Of a DNA stretch of 64,000 nt, positions 1-8,905 are shown one piece after another; within the stretch, counting starts at the first letter, position 1; every line of letters begins with the position of its first letter. This stretch comes from Oscillospiraceae bacterium (GTDB lineage Bacteria; Bacillota; Clostridia; Oscillospirales; Acutalibacteraceae). The notes under the pieces were generated by a model. It did no database searches. It saw nothing but the letters and a program-made list of their open reading frames with translations, and was not told the origin of the DNA. The stretch lies in contig JAQXVY010000017.1 of assembly GCA_029225165.1 (NCBI GenBank), positions 43,562 to 107,561 on the forward strand, written 5' to 3'. Made by a program: the position numbers and the translations under genes.

Positions 1-214
1 GACCTGTTCCCTTCTGTCTCCAAGGCTTTCTACCGCCACCGGATACCTCTGCACGGGTTAAAGCGCTCTGTGTACCCTGACGCTGATTAGCAAGATAGAG
101 AACTACCATCTGGTGCATTACTGCTTCGTTTGGCTCAATAGCGAAAATCTCGTCCTTAAGCTCGATTGTCTTTGCCTTTGAACCCTTCATATCAACAACG
201 TTAATACTTGGCAT
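1..214 (-). CDS. rplD: 50S ribosomal protein L4 (5' part, runs off window)
   Basis: Manual translation [71 protein letters not shown]; follows rplC. Confidence 0.97.
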   Translation of the reverse strand, partial: MPSINVVDMKGSKAKTIELKDEIFAIEPNEAVMHQMVVLYLANQRQGTQSALTRAEVSGGGRKPWRQKGTG

Positions 215-230
215 TTGTAGTCCCCCTTTC

Positions 231-863
231 TTAAGCCTTTACAGAATCTTTAATTACAACGATGCCGTTGTTAGGACCCGGAATTGCGCCCTTGATAGCA
301 ACGAGGTTGTTTTCTGCGTCAACCTTTACAATTTCAAGATTCTGAACTGTAACCTTTTCAGCACCTAAGTGACCTGCCATCTTCTTGCCCTTAAATACAC
401 GGGAAGGGGATGAACAGCAACCCATTGAACCACCGTCACGAACGCAAGGACCTGAACCGTGGGTTTCCTTAAGTCTCTGGAAATTCCAGCGCTTTATAAC
501 GCCTGCAAAGCCTTTACCTTTGCTCTTACCGGTAACGTCAACCTTGTTACCAGCTTCAAATACATCTGCTTTGATGATGTCGCCTACGTTGTAAGCATCT
601 GTGTCTTCAAATCTGAATTCCTTAAGAACCTTCTTTGGAGCAACATCAGCCTTGTCAAAATGACCCTTCATAGGCTTGTTTACCTTGTGTGGCTTCATAT
701 CGCCGTAGCCCATCTGAACTGCTGCGTAGCCATCACTGTCAACTGTCTTTTTCATTGAAACAACGCATGGACCTGCTTCAACAACAGTTACAGGAACGAA
801 ATGTCCCTTTTCGTCGAAAATCTGAGTCATACCGACTTTCTTTCCGATTAATGCCTTTTGCAT
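231..863 (-). CDS. rplC: 50S ribosomal protein L3
   Basis: [10 protein letters not shown]...[26 protein letters not shown] motifs; S10 operon order. Confidence 0.99.
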   Translation of the reverse strand: MQKALIGKKVGMTQIFDEKGHFVPVTVVEAGPCVVSMKKTVDSDGYAAVQMGYGDMKPHKVNKPMKGHFDKADVAPKKVLKEFRFEDTDAYNVGDIIKADVFEAGNKVDVTGKSKGKGFAGVIKRWNFQRLKETHGSGPCVRDGGSMGCCSSPSRVFKGKKMAGHLGAEKVTVQNLEIVKVDAENNLVAIKGAIPGPNNGIVVIKDSVKA

Positions 864-946
864 TACTTTTTCCTCCTTTTAGGTTATTGGTCGGTTTCCC
901 GACATTGACCCTGTCTACCGGTAGGTTGAACGAAACAAACTAAAGA

Positions 947-1258
947 CTATAATTTGATTTCGATTTCAACGCCTGCAGGGAGCTCAAGGCTCATAAGAGC
1001 TTCGACCGTCTTGTTAGATGGTCTTAAAATATCGATAAGTCTCTTGTGAGTTCTCATCTCAAACTGCTCACGGCTGTCCTTGTACTTGTGTACAGCACGA
1101 AGAATTGTAACAACCTGCTTCTGAGTTGGAAGTGGCACAGGACCTGAAACCCTTGCCCCTGTTCTCTTGGCTGTTGCTACGATTTTCTCAGCAGATTGGT
1201 CAACCAACTGATGATCGTAACCCTTGAGTCTTATACGAATTTTTTCCTTGACTGCCAT
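947..1258 (-). CDS. rpsJ: 30S ribosomal protein S10
   Basis: [11 protein letters not shown]...GPVPLPT...[15 protein letters not shown]. Confidence 0.99.
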   Translation of the reverse strand: MAVKEKIRIRLKGYDHQLVDQSAEKIVATAKRTGARVSGPVPLPTQKQVVTILRAVHKYKDSREQFEMRTHKRLIDILRPSNKTVEALMSLELPAGVEIEIKL

Positions 1259-1563
1259 AATAACGCCTCCTTAATTTGTATTGAGTTGGCGGGCGTGCTT
1301 TAAACTGATAACGCTTCCGGGTGTTTCGCACCCCTGCATTAAAAAAACCGGATGAATTTGTATTCATTCGGACAGTGTAAAGCGCAGACGAGCAGAATTA
1401 TCCCAAAGGGATATTGCTCAAAAATCTTAACTTAATCGCCCGGTTTAAAATCGGACATACTCCACGGAAAAACCGGCATTTTTCAGCCGCAACCTCCCGC
1501 TTCTTCGCATATCTATCGCAGTCACGCAAGGATTATTATACTATATAGGGCGTTATTTTACAA
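1259..1563 (-). promoter_or_regulatory. S10 operon sigma-A promoter and ~270-nt 5' leader (probable ribosomal-protein leader)
   Basis: Minus strand TTGTAA (1558-1563), 17 bp, TATAAT (1535-1540); long untranslated leader with hairpins (e.g. ccggatgaat/attcattcgg). Confidence 0.7.
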
Positions 1564-1707
1564 GGCATTTCAAAATATATCATTAGAGAAATTGTTAGAA
1601 TTTTTGAAATGGTTTTTGTAAAAATTGCACAATAAGGATATGTTTTTTATTTTAGTTGCCCGATTTTCAGAAAATCGGGGGTATTTTACCCGAAAACGGC
1701 ATAAATA

Positions 1708-1821
1708 CTACATTGTGAAAATGGCAGCCGTCACAACAGAGCCTAAAATAAGCACTGCGCAAATAATTGCAACAACTCTGACAATCATCATTTTTCTCTT
1801 TCTTCTTTGCTGATAATTCAC
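1708..1821 (-). CDS. small single-TM membrane peptide (37 aa), missed by the ORF track
   Basis: GGAGG, 7 nt, GTG; MNYQQRRKRKMMIVRVVAIICAVLILGSVVTAAIFTM (basic N-terminus plus hydrophobic helix). Confidence 0.65.
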   Translation of the reverse strand: MNYQQRRKRKMMIVRVVAIICAVLILGSVVTAAIFTM

Positions 1822-1921
1822 ATAATCGCCTCCAAACACAAAAATCTTTTGAAATCATTATATCACACTTGAATATTTTTTTAAAGAGTTATATTATAGT
1901 ATTATAGTAATGTAAAGGACG

Positions 1922-2446
1922 GTGCATTTTATGTTACACATTTATTACGGAAACGGCAAGGGAAAAACCACCGCTGCTATTGGTGTTGCTGTGAGGGCGG
2001 CAGGTTCAAACAGAAAGGTTCTTTTTGCCCAGTTTCTGAAAAGCGAGGAATCAGGAGAAAGAAATTCCCTCAGACTGATACCCGCCATTGAGCTTTTGCC
2101 CTGTCCTGATAAAGTCAAATTTGTAAAATTTATGTCAGATGAAGAAAAGCTTAATTGCAAGCAACATTGTCGCAACACCTTTGACTCTTGCATTCTTCGT
2201 GTACTTCGCGGCAATTACGATATGGTGGTATTTGACGAGATTTTTTGTGCAATAGAAAACGGTATGCTGTCGGAAAGCGAGCTTTTTGATTTCCTTGCAA
2301 ATCTGCCAAAGAATATTGAGGTTGTGCTTACAGGTCATAACCCAAGCGAAAAGATACTTTCATTTGCCGACTATGCAACAGAAATGAAAAAGATTGCACA
2401 TCCCTTTGATAAGGGCATCACTGCTCGAAAAGGCATTGAATATTAA
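1922..2446 (+). CDS. cobO: cob(I)yrinic acid a,c-diamide adenosyltransferase (CobO/BtuR); likely start 1931
   Basis: YYGNGKGKTTAAIG, QFLK, DEI, VVLTG, HPFDKGITARKGIEY. Confidence 0.92.
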   Translation: MHFMLHIYYGNGKGKTTAAIGVAVRAAGSNRKVLFAQFLKSEESGERNSLRLIPAIELLPCPDKVKFVKFMSDEEKLNCKQHCRNTFDSCILRVLRGNYDMVVFDEIFCAIENGMLSESELFDFLANLPKNIEVVLTGHNPSEKILSFADYATEMKKIAHPFDKGITARKGIEY

Positions 2447-2463
2447 AGCATAAACTCAAATTA

Positions 2464-2621
2464 ATACTAATACCTGATAGAAAGTAGCCTTATATTTGCG
2501 AGGATAATTTTCAGAGGACAAGGCGGAGGACGCCGCAAGGCTGACGCCTTGCAAGGACGACAACGCAGTACTCTGGAAATTAGACCGCAAAGATTGTCTA
2601 CTTTTTATCAGGTATTAGTAT
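2464..2621. repeat. ~160-bp palindromic intergenic element (Clostridiales-1-RNA/REP-like)
   Basis: 24-bp terminal IR with 1 mismatch (atactaatacctgatagaaagtag / ctactttttatcaggtattagtat); nested internal pairing; core ccgca-aggc-tgac-gcctt-gcaagga. Confidence 0.7.
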
Positions 2622-2643
2622 AAAATGCAATACAAAATCAATG

Positions 2644-2676
2644 AAAGCTCTGAGGTACAATACCCAGAGCTTTTTT
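2644..2676. terminator. intrinsic terminator between convergent genes
   Basis: aaagctctg...cagagctttttt hairpin. Confidence 0.65.
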
Positions 2677-2679
2677 CCG

Positions 2680-3357
2680 TCATATTTTCTCGGCAACCTC
2701 GCCAAGTCTTTTATAGATTGAATTTTCAGCCACATATCCCCTAACGAAAGAAAGTGGATATACATTGGTGTTTTTGCCAATTACAGTACCGGGGTTAAGC
2801 ACAGAATTGCACCCAACCTCAACATTGTCACCAAGCATAGCGCCAAACTTTTTAACGCCTGTTTCCACCTTTTCGCCGTCAAGCAAAACTGTAACAAGGC
2901 TTTTATCGCTTTTTAAATTAGAGGTAATTGCACCTGCACCTGTGTGGGACTTATATCCCAAAATGCTGTCGCCTATGTAGTTAAAGTGAGGAGTTTGCAC
3001 CTCATCAAACAGGATAGAATTTTTAAGCTCTGTGGAATTGCCCACAGTTGCACCCTTGCCGATAATTGCATTACCTCTTATAAAGGCGCATTGACGCACC
3101 TCGGCATTCTCGTCAATAATCAACGGGCCGTTTAGGTAAACAGAGTCAAACACCTTTGCAGACTTTGCAATCCAAATGTTCTCTCCCCTTTTTTCGTAAA
3201 TTTCGGGGTCAAGGGAATTGCCTAACTTTATAATGAAATCACCTATAAGGGGCAAAGCCTCCCAAGGGTAGGTTAAGCCCTCAAATAAATCTTTTGCTAT
3301 TGTTCTTTCAAGGTTATACAGATTACTAATTGTCAGTCGTTTCAACCTATGGCACAT
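2680..3357 (-). CDS. GlmU-like left-handed beta-helix acetyltransferase
   Basis: Hexapeptide repeats; HFNYIGDSILG, GAGAITSN, KFGAMLGD motifs. Confidence 0.85.
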   Translation of the reverse strand: MCHRLKRLTISNLYNLERTIAKDLFEGLTYPWEALPLIGDFIIKLGNSLDPEIYEKRGENIWIAKSAKVFDSVYLNGPLIIDENAEVRQCAFIRGNAIIGKGATVGNSTELKNSILFDEVQTPHFNYIGDSILGYKSHTGAGAITSNLKSDKSLVTVLLDGEKVETGVKKFGAMLGDNVEVGCNSVLNPGTVIGKNTNVYPLSFVRGYVAENSIYKRLGEVAEKI

Positions 3358-3928
3358 CCTTTTCTATTATATTTTTCCGTTCTAACAAAGCCTTAAAACC
3401 TGTTTTCTTCATAAGATAGCATACCAACACCGCAATTGTGGAGCCAAGCAAAATTCCCGCAAACACATCAGACGGAAAATGCACAAACACATACATTCTT
3501 GAAAATGCTATTATTCCCGAGAACACAAAAGCAGGGATAGTCCAAGCCTTTTTCTTGATTGTAAGCATTACCGCAACTGCACCGGCAAAGGCACTGGCTG
3601 AATGGTTTGACGGGAAGCTGTAGGAGGTTGGCTTTTCCACAAGCATATTAACATCATCCACCAAATTACAGGGACGCACACGACAAACTACATTTTTAAT
3701 TCCGTACTCTGTAATGAGGGTGTCAATTCCCATAGCAAAAAGAACTGCAATTCCGCAGTATCTTGTACGCTTAAAAAAAAGCATCACAACAGCAATGGAA
3801 ATCCAAATCAATCCACCATCCTGTAAATTGCTAAACAGAGGCATAACAAAATCCATAAAGCTGTTTCTCAGGTTATCTTGAATCCAATACAGGATACTGA
3901 AATCTATTTTTGTAATAAAATCTATCAT
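3347..3928 (-). CDS. PAP2-family phosphatase (undecaprenyl-PP phosphatase-like)
   Basis: K-x6-RP, SFPSNHS, SRMYVFVHFPSDV motifs; TM helices. Confidence 0.92.
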   Translation of the reverse strand: MIDFITKIDFSILYWIQDNLRNSFMDFVMPLFSNLQDGGLIWISIAVVMLFFKRTRYCGIAVLFAMGIDTLITEYGIKNVVCRVRPCNLVDDVNMLVEKPTSYSFPSNHSASAFAGAVAVMLTIKKKAWTIPAFVFSGIIAFSRMYVFVHFPSDVFAGILLGSTIAVLVCYLMKKTGFKALLERKNIIEKDVP

Positions 3929-3971
3929 AAATTACACCGATTTATTCATTATTCTCGTGATTAAAAAATTA

Positions 3972-4592
3972 TCACTTTCCAAAGCGACACCTAATCTTGT
4001 CCCCAATGTTGCCGAAAAGGGTTTGCAAATTAAGTGGAGGAAGTTGATTTTCGTAGTTTTCTTCCTCACCGTTAGCCTTGTCCTTTCTGAAGAACAAAAC
4101 AGTCATGATGCAGTCCGCTGCAAAAATAATCACAAGGGCAACTGCCAACCACAACTGAACATTTTGAGGGACAAGTCTGATTAAGTCAACAAACAAAGGG
4201 TGAATAACCCTGCAAAGCAACAGGCAGAGAGTGCCAAAGCAAACAGCACCCAAGAGGCATATCCTGCTTTTATAATTAAACTTTATGTTGCTGTAATCCC
4301 ACCATTTTTTGTGAAAAACATTTTCCAAAACAACTGCGGTCAAATACTCAACAACTGTTGCAACAGCCATACCGCCGAAAAATGTTACTAAAATACTGTC
4401 TGTCCTGTCAAAAAAGCAGAATACCATTAGGACTGCCCCTCCGCCGTACAAGGGACAATAGGGGCCTTTTAGAAAACCTGATGATATAAACTTCTTTTCC
4501 TGAATTGTATATATTGCTGTTTCGTACATCCAGCCTATAAAGCTGTATAGTATAAATGCCAAAAAATACTGAACTATGTTCAACTTCCACAC
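3972..4592 (-). CDS. putative ABC transporter permease (TMEM229/CmpB-like)
   Basis: YSFIGW-E, GFLKGPYCPLYG, WWDYS...FN motifs. Confidence 0.82.
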   Translation of the reverse strand: MWKLNIVQYFLAFILYSFIGWMYETAIYTIQEKKFISSGFLKGPYCPLYGGGAVLMVFCFFDRTDSILVTFFGGMAVATVVEYLTAVVLENVFHKKWWDYSNIKFNYKSRICLLGAVCFGTLCLLLCRVIHPLFVDLIRLVPQNVQLWLAVALVIIFAADCIMTVLFFRKDKANGEEENYENQLPPLNLQTLFGNIGDKIRCRFGK

Positions 4593-4601
4593 TCCTTGGA
4601 A

Positions 4602-5120
4602 TTAGGCTTTACTCCTCCTAAAAATTGAACGGAATAAAACCATCCATTCCCTGACAACCTCTTTTGAAGTACACACCTTATCAAAATAGCAAATGACATA
4701 CGCCTCTCTTGATTTAGGTGGCACAACGGTCAAAGGCCACATATGTTTTTTGATAATATCCTTTTCCTTGACGCTTAATGAAAAAATATCACTTGCGTTT
4801 TTTAATGCAATAGACGGATGATGAAATCCGTGAAGACTTCCCCTTGCCTCTTTATCGTGCCAATCGTAAAGAAACAAATCGTGTAGCAGTCCTCCCCTTG
4901 ATGCGGAACGGTAATCCAAGTTTAACCGTCTGCAAAGTCTGAAACTTTTAAAAGCCACAACCATACAATGGTCAAAGGTTGAGGTTTTTCCGTGCTGGGT
5001 ATAGTTTTTCATTCTCTGCACTTCTTCACTTGCCAGCAAGTCGGCAATGCAGGACAAAAACAAATCAACTTCTTTTTTGCTTACCCGTTCAAATTCACAG
5101 ATTAAGTTTTGACTTATCAT
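4602..5120 (-). CDS. HD-domain phosphohydrolase
   Basis: QHG..T..HC, GLLHDLFLYDW, HGFHHP, HMWPLT, DK. Confidence 0.88.
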   Translation of the reverse strand: MISQNLICEFERVSKKEVDLFLSCIADLLASEEVQRMKNYTQHGKTSTFDHCMVVAFKSFRLCRRLNLDYRSASRGGLLHDLFLYDWHDKEARGSLHGFHHPSIALKNASDIFSLSVKEKDIIKKHMWPLTVVPPKSREAYVICYFDKVCTSKEVVREWMVLFRSIFRRSKA

Positions 5121-5270
5121 ATCATCATTCCTAATAAAAACTACGGCATTATTATACCATTATTTCCAACTCGGTAGCAACGGTAAATAAATAAAAAATA
5201 ATAAAACACAAATTATGTACTTTGTTTATTTGTCACAAACAGCCTTAAGCGTGAATTATTCAGCGGTTAC

Positions 5271-6080
5271 CTAAAACTCATCCGAGAGTAGCTCTATTTT
5301 GTGGTTATACTCCTCTTCGCCTATGCTGTCGCCTTTATATAGCTCCTCAACCCTATTCTTTACCTTAACAAATTCATCTTCATTTTTTAAAAGCTGATTT
5401 TTCCACAGCAAATAGTTATCCTCGGCAATTATGCACTCCCTCTTTGCCTGATACAAGGTTTCAAGCTTATCAAGGAGTCCCACATTTCCGTTGCTTAAAA
5501 ATTCCTTTAGAATTTGGTGGGTATCCTGAACAAGCTCATCCTTTTCCTTTTCAAAGATTTCCCTGTTCTTCTCCCCCATATTATGTTTCTTTTCTATTCG
5601 GCTAAGGGCAAGGCGATATTCGTCAATAATATCCTCAGGTCTAAAGTCAAAATCCAACTTTACCTTTGCCACACGAACCATAGAATTTTTAGGCTGACCT
5701 GTCTTTGCCCCCAAATTTTGAAGGATGACAGAAACAATGCTTAAGATTAATGTAACAGCCGGAATACAACACAAATACCACCGCATATTCACACTGATAA
5801 TCAGCATATAAATGGTCACAGCTATAACAACAATGTTTACGATTGATACAGGAGTATTTATGTATTTACGGTGAAGAAGCAGGTTGGTAACATTTACACC
5901 GATACAGAGAATAAGGGAAATCGTCAGAGGAATATTTATCTCCCAAAGCCCTGTTACGGCAAACCATATTACAATCCCAAGATACTGTGCAGAGGTTAAC
6001 ATAAGCAAAACAGTACTTATTATCCAAAGGATATTTTTGTTAACCTTGTATTTACTCTTAATATTACTTATAACGCCCAT
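5271..6080 (-). CDS. hypothetical membrane protein (4 TM plus coiled C-terminus)
   Basis: 269-aa ORF; hydrophobic N-half; coupled to upstream ORF. Confidence 0.75.
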   Translation of the reverse strand: MGVISNIKSKYKVNKNILWIISTVLLMLTSAQYLGIVIWFAVTGLWEINIPLTISLILCIGVNVTNLLLHRKYINTPVSIVNIVVIAVTIYMLIISVNMRWYLCCIPAVTLILSIVSVILQNLGAKTGQPKNSMVRVAKVKLDFDFRPEDIIDEYRLALSRIEKKHNMGEKNREIFEKEKDELVQDTHQILKEFLSNGNVGLLDKLETLYQAKRECIIAEDNYLLWKNQLLKNEDEFVKVKNRVEELYKGDSIGEEEYNHKIELLSDEF

Positions 6081-6081
6081 A

Positions 6082-6504
6082 TCACTTTGCCCTTTTGCGC
6101 AGGTACATAATTACCTTGACTATACAAGCGCCTATCATAAAGGAACCAACATAGGTCATCATCTCTTGATAACTGCAAAAATATCCCCAGCCGGTAACTG
6201 CAAGCACCTTCCACCAAACAGAAAGGAAAACACCTACAACCCCAATAAAGACAATGTCAAGGATAAGTTCCTTAAAATTCTTTGTCTTTGATAAAACCAT
6301 AAAGCCAATAACAACACTTACGCATACCATTGTCAAAATCACAACCCAGTTGCTGTTGGTCAATGCAGCATTTGCGTCAGCCTGACTTGTTGTTGAGGTT
6401 ATTGCCGACAAAATCGTGTTCTTAACATTAACTCTGGCAAAAATAATCAGCGCCAAAATAACATCACAAACAAAAAGAGTCGAAAACTTCTTCACTATAA
6501 CCAC
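6082..6504 (-). CDS. hypothetical membrane protein
   Basis: 140-aa hydrophobic ORF with GAGGAG RBS. Confidence 0.7.
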   Translation of the reverse strand: MVIVKKFSTLFVCDVILALIIFARVNVKNTILSAITSTTSQADANAALTNSNWVVILTMVCVSVVIGFMVLSKTKNFKELILDIVFIGVVGVFLSVWWKVLAVTGWGYFCSYQEMMTYVGSFMIGACIVKVIMYLRKRAK

Positions 6505-6551
6505 TCCTCACAGAAGTAATACCAATCCCAAAAAAGGTATAGTATAGGTTT

Positions 6552-6628
6552 TGGTCCGCCTGACAGGAGTCGAACCTGCTGTCTTCAGAATCGGAATCTG
6601 ATGCGTTATCCAAATACGCTACAGGCGG
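6552..6628 (-). tRNA. tRNA-Arg(CCG)
   Basis: Cloverleaf: acceptor CCGCCTG/CAGGCGG, anticodon arm TCAGA-TTCCGAT-TCTGA, GTTCGA, CCA end. Confidence 0.97.
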
Positions 6629-6722
6629 ATACCTATACACATTGATTATAGCACAAGATATTGTGTTATCTTTCTTTTAAAGAATTATTGTAGCAATTAG
6701 GCAATAAATTACTTTTTGATTA

Positions 6723-7064
6723 CTACATATTGAACAAAATAAGAAAGTTGAATATGTGCAATATGTTGATAAAAAGATAAATAGCACCCAGAATTATCAT
6801 AATAATATTTACAGCCTTGACTATACCGTTGCTACTCACAGGGAGGACATAAAAAATGTAGGACATAAGAATTAAGGGCAAAATACACTTCACAGCAAAG
6901 CACAACAAGGGTTTATCCAAAACACTTGCCATAAGAGGATTTGCCTCAAAAAATCCGTCATAACGCAAAAGTGTAATGGTGCAAAGCCAATCGGAAAAGT
7001 TTAGGAGCATCATCAAAAGAATCTTTTTTCTGCAAAGGACAATCTTTTTCATATCAATATCCAT
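6723..7064 (-). CDS. DUF5658-like membrane protein
   Basis: LLNFSDWLCT...GFFEANPLM motif; 3-4 TM. Confidence 0.75.
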   Translation of the reverse strand: MDIDMKKIVLCRKKILLMMLLNFSDWLCTITLLRYDGFFEANPLMASVLDKPLLCFAVKCILPLILMSYIFYVLPVSSNGIVKAVNIIMIILGAIYLFINILHIFNFLILFNM

Positions 7065-7157
7065 TCCATCACCTCCCTATATTGTTATATTTTTCACCCT
7101 GAAAATACTACAATTTCAAAAATTTCAAAAAATTTTTATTTTTTTTGAAAAAAGTTG

Positions 7158-7186
7158 TTGACAACATCCTTTAGTTATGTTATATT
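7158..7186 (+). promoter_or_regulatory. sigma-A promoter of tRNA-Thr/Tyr operon
   Basis: TTGACA, 17 bp, TATATT with TG extension and AT-rich UP tract. Confidence 0.8.
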
Positions 7187-7217
7187 AAATAAGCGTCAAG
7201 TGAATGACACAAAATTC

Positions 7218-7293
7218 GCTGGTGTAGCTCAGTTGGTAGAGCAGCTGATTTGTAATCAGCAGGTCGGGGGTTCAAGTCCGTCCACCAGCTCCA
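7218..7293 (+). tRNA. tRNA-Thr(TGT)
   Basis: Cloverleaf; anticodon loop TTTGTAA; CCA end. Confidence 0.98.
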
Positions 7294-7330
7294 AAAGAAG
7301 CCTACTGTTTTTTCGGTAGGCTTTACATAT

Positions 7331-7415
7331 GGGAGATTTCCCGAGTGGCCAAAGGGGACAGACTGTAAATCTGCTGGCGATGCCTTCGGTGGTTCGAATC
7401 CACCATCTCCCACCA
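7331..7415 (+). tRNA. tRNA-Tyr(GTA)
   Basis: 85 nt with long variable arm; anticodon loop CTGTAAA; CCA end. Confidence 0.98.
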
Positions 7416-7419
7416 TAAT

Positions 7420-7438
7420 GGTTGTGCAAAAAAGATGT
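7420..7438 (+). repeat. left terminal inverted repeat (attL arm) GGTTGTGCAAAAAAGATGT
   Basis: Exact reverse complement of 57310-57328. Confidence 0.88.
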
Positions 7439-7444
7439 AACCGC

Positions 7445-7474
7445 AAAAAAGTCCGATTTTATCGGGCTTTTTTT
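7445..7474 (+). terminator. intrinsic terminator inside the ICE left end
   Basis: aaaaaagtccgat-ttt-atcgggcttttttt. Confidence 0.7.
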
Positions 7475-7724
7475 GTTGTATTGCCCGTGATTTTCAGTTG
7501 CAAAACCGTAGATGTATTTTGCCTGTTTCGGCAGTTTTGGAGATTCGAACCCCCGAACATCAACTTTTGACCTTTCCCCCATTTTAAAATTTAATATTGT
7601 TATAGCAGAGTCAATTTTATAGAAATATAGAATTGGCTCTTTTTTTATTTGGCAATCGTTTTATTTTTTTGGATTAGAACGGTTGCCTTTTTTATTTGCT
7701 AAAAATTTGAAAGGAATGATTGAT

Positions 7725-7883
7725 ATGTATTTTACCGACACTCCTGAACTCAGGAAGTTTGAAAGAGAAATGCGGCAGAAACCTAATTTTGACAGGCGTA
7801 ATGATGACTGCGATGAAAATGAGATCGCACATTTCTCTGATAACAAAAATTTCAACACAAACAGAAAAAAAGACGGAGGTTGA
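7725..7883 (+). CDS. small hypothetical ICE protein
   Basis: AAAGGA RBS; MYFTDTPELRKFEREMRQKPNFDR. Confidence 0.55.
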   Translation: MYFTDTPELRKFEREMRQKPNFDRRNDDCDENEIAHFSDNKNFNTNRKKDGG

Positions 7884-7952
7884 TTTTATGACAATAAAAA
7901 TCAGGAGTCCTACTAATGGATATTGCTTGAATCAAAACTAAAAAAATAGGAG

Positions 7953-8279
7953 ATGTATAACTTGAACGAATATGAAAGACAGCGCAGAATAGCTGAAAGC
8001 ACAAAGAAATTGTATCCGCCGGGTACAAGAATTGAGCTTATCAATATGAAGGATCCTTATGCGCCTGTTCCGGCAGGAACAAGAGGAACAGTTAAATTTG
8101 TTGATTCAATGGGAACGATATTCCCCGAGTGGGACAACGGTCGTTCACTTGGTGTAGTTCCCGGTGAGGATTCATTCAGAAAGCTCACACAGGAAGAAAT
8201 CGAAGCAGAAAATCAATCCTCATCCGAAGTTGAAGATGAAACTCCTGATGAGGATAGCGGAATGACTATGGGAATGTGA
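7953..8279 (+). CDS. DUF4314-family protein
   Basis: YPPGTRIELI.M.DPY..VPAGTRGTV..VDS.G...WDNGRSLGVVPGEDSF. Confidence 0.85.
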   Translation: MYNLNEYERQRRIAESTKKLYPPGTRIELINMKDPYAPVPAGTRGTVKFVDSMGTIFPEWDNGRSLGVVPGEDSFRKLTQEEIEAENQSSSEVEDETPDEDSGMTMGM

Positions 8280-8320
8280 GGTGATTTTAAAAATATAAAT
8301 CTTCGTTGGAATGAAGATTT

Positions 8321-8905
8321 ATGGCAATCAAATTTTTTGATATGTTTGCAGGCATCGGCGGTTTCCGTTCAGGACTTGAAGCCATAGGCGGTTTTGAGTG
8401 CGTCGGATACTGCGAAATTGATAAGTATGCAAAGCAAGCGTATGATGCTATTTATGACACGGGAGGTGAACTTTACTTTGATGACGCAAGAAAAATCGTA
8501 CCCGAACAGTTACCCGATTTCGACCTTCTTGTTGGAGGATTCCCCTGTCAGTCTTTCTCAATCGCAGGAGCAAGAAAAGGATTCAGTGATACAAGAGGAA
8601 CGCTGTTTTTCGAGATTGCTCGAATTGCTGCCTTTAAAAAACCTAAGTATCTCTTCCTCGAAAATGTTCCCGGTCTGCTTAACCACGACGAAGGCAAAAC
8701 ATTTGAAACAATCCTCCGTACATTGGATGGCTTGGGGTATAATGTGTGCTGGCAGGTACTTAACAGCAAAAATTTTGGAGTCCCACAATCACGAAATCGA
8801 GTGTTCATTATCGGATATCTTAGAGGACAATGTGCCGGAGAAGTATTATCTTTCACGCAAACAAGCGGAAAAGCTCTTATACAAAGAAAAGCCAACGCAG
8901 GGTGA
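8321..8905 (+). CDS. DNA (cytosine-5)-methyltransferase, N-terminal chain (motifs I-VIII)
   Basis: FAGIGG, GGFPCQSFS, ENVPGL, PQSRNRVFIIG; stops before motifs IX/X. Confidence 0.85.
   Translation: MAIKFFDMFAGIGGFRSGLEAIGGFECVGYCEIDKYAKQAYDAIYDTGGELYFDDARKIVPEQLPDFDLLVGGFPCQSFSIAGARKGFSDTRGTLFFEIARIAAFKKPKYLFLENVPGLLNHDEGKTFETILRTLDGLGYNVCWQVLNSKNFGVPQSRNRVFIIGYLRGQCAGEVLSFTQTSGKALIQRKANAG

Noticed and set aside
385-943. Plus-strand ORFs over rplC, and similar short antisense ORFs throughout the window
   Set aside because: Shadow frames of well-supported genes on the opposite strand
7180-7582. Minus-strand ORFs of 88 and 108 aa
   Set aside because: Antisense shadows of the tRNA-Thr and tRNA-Tyr genes
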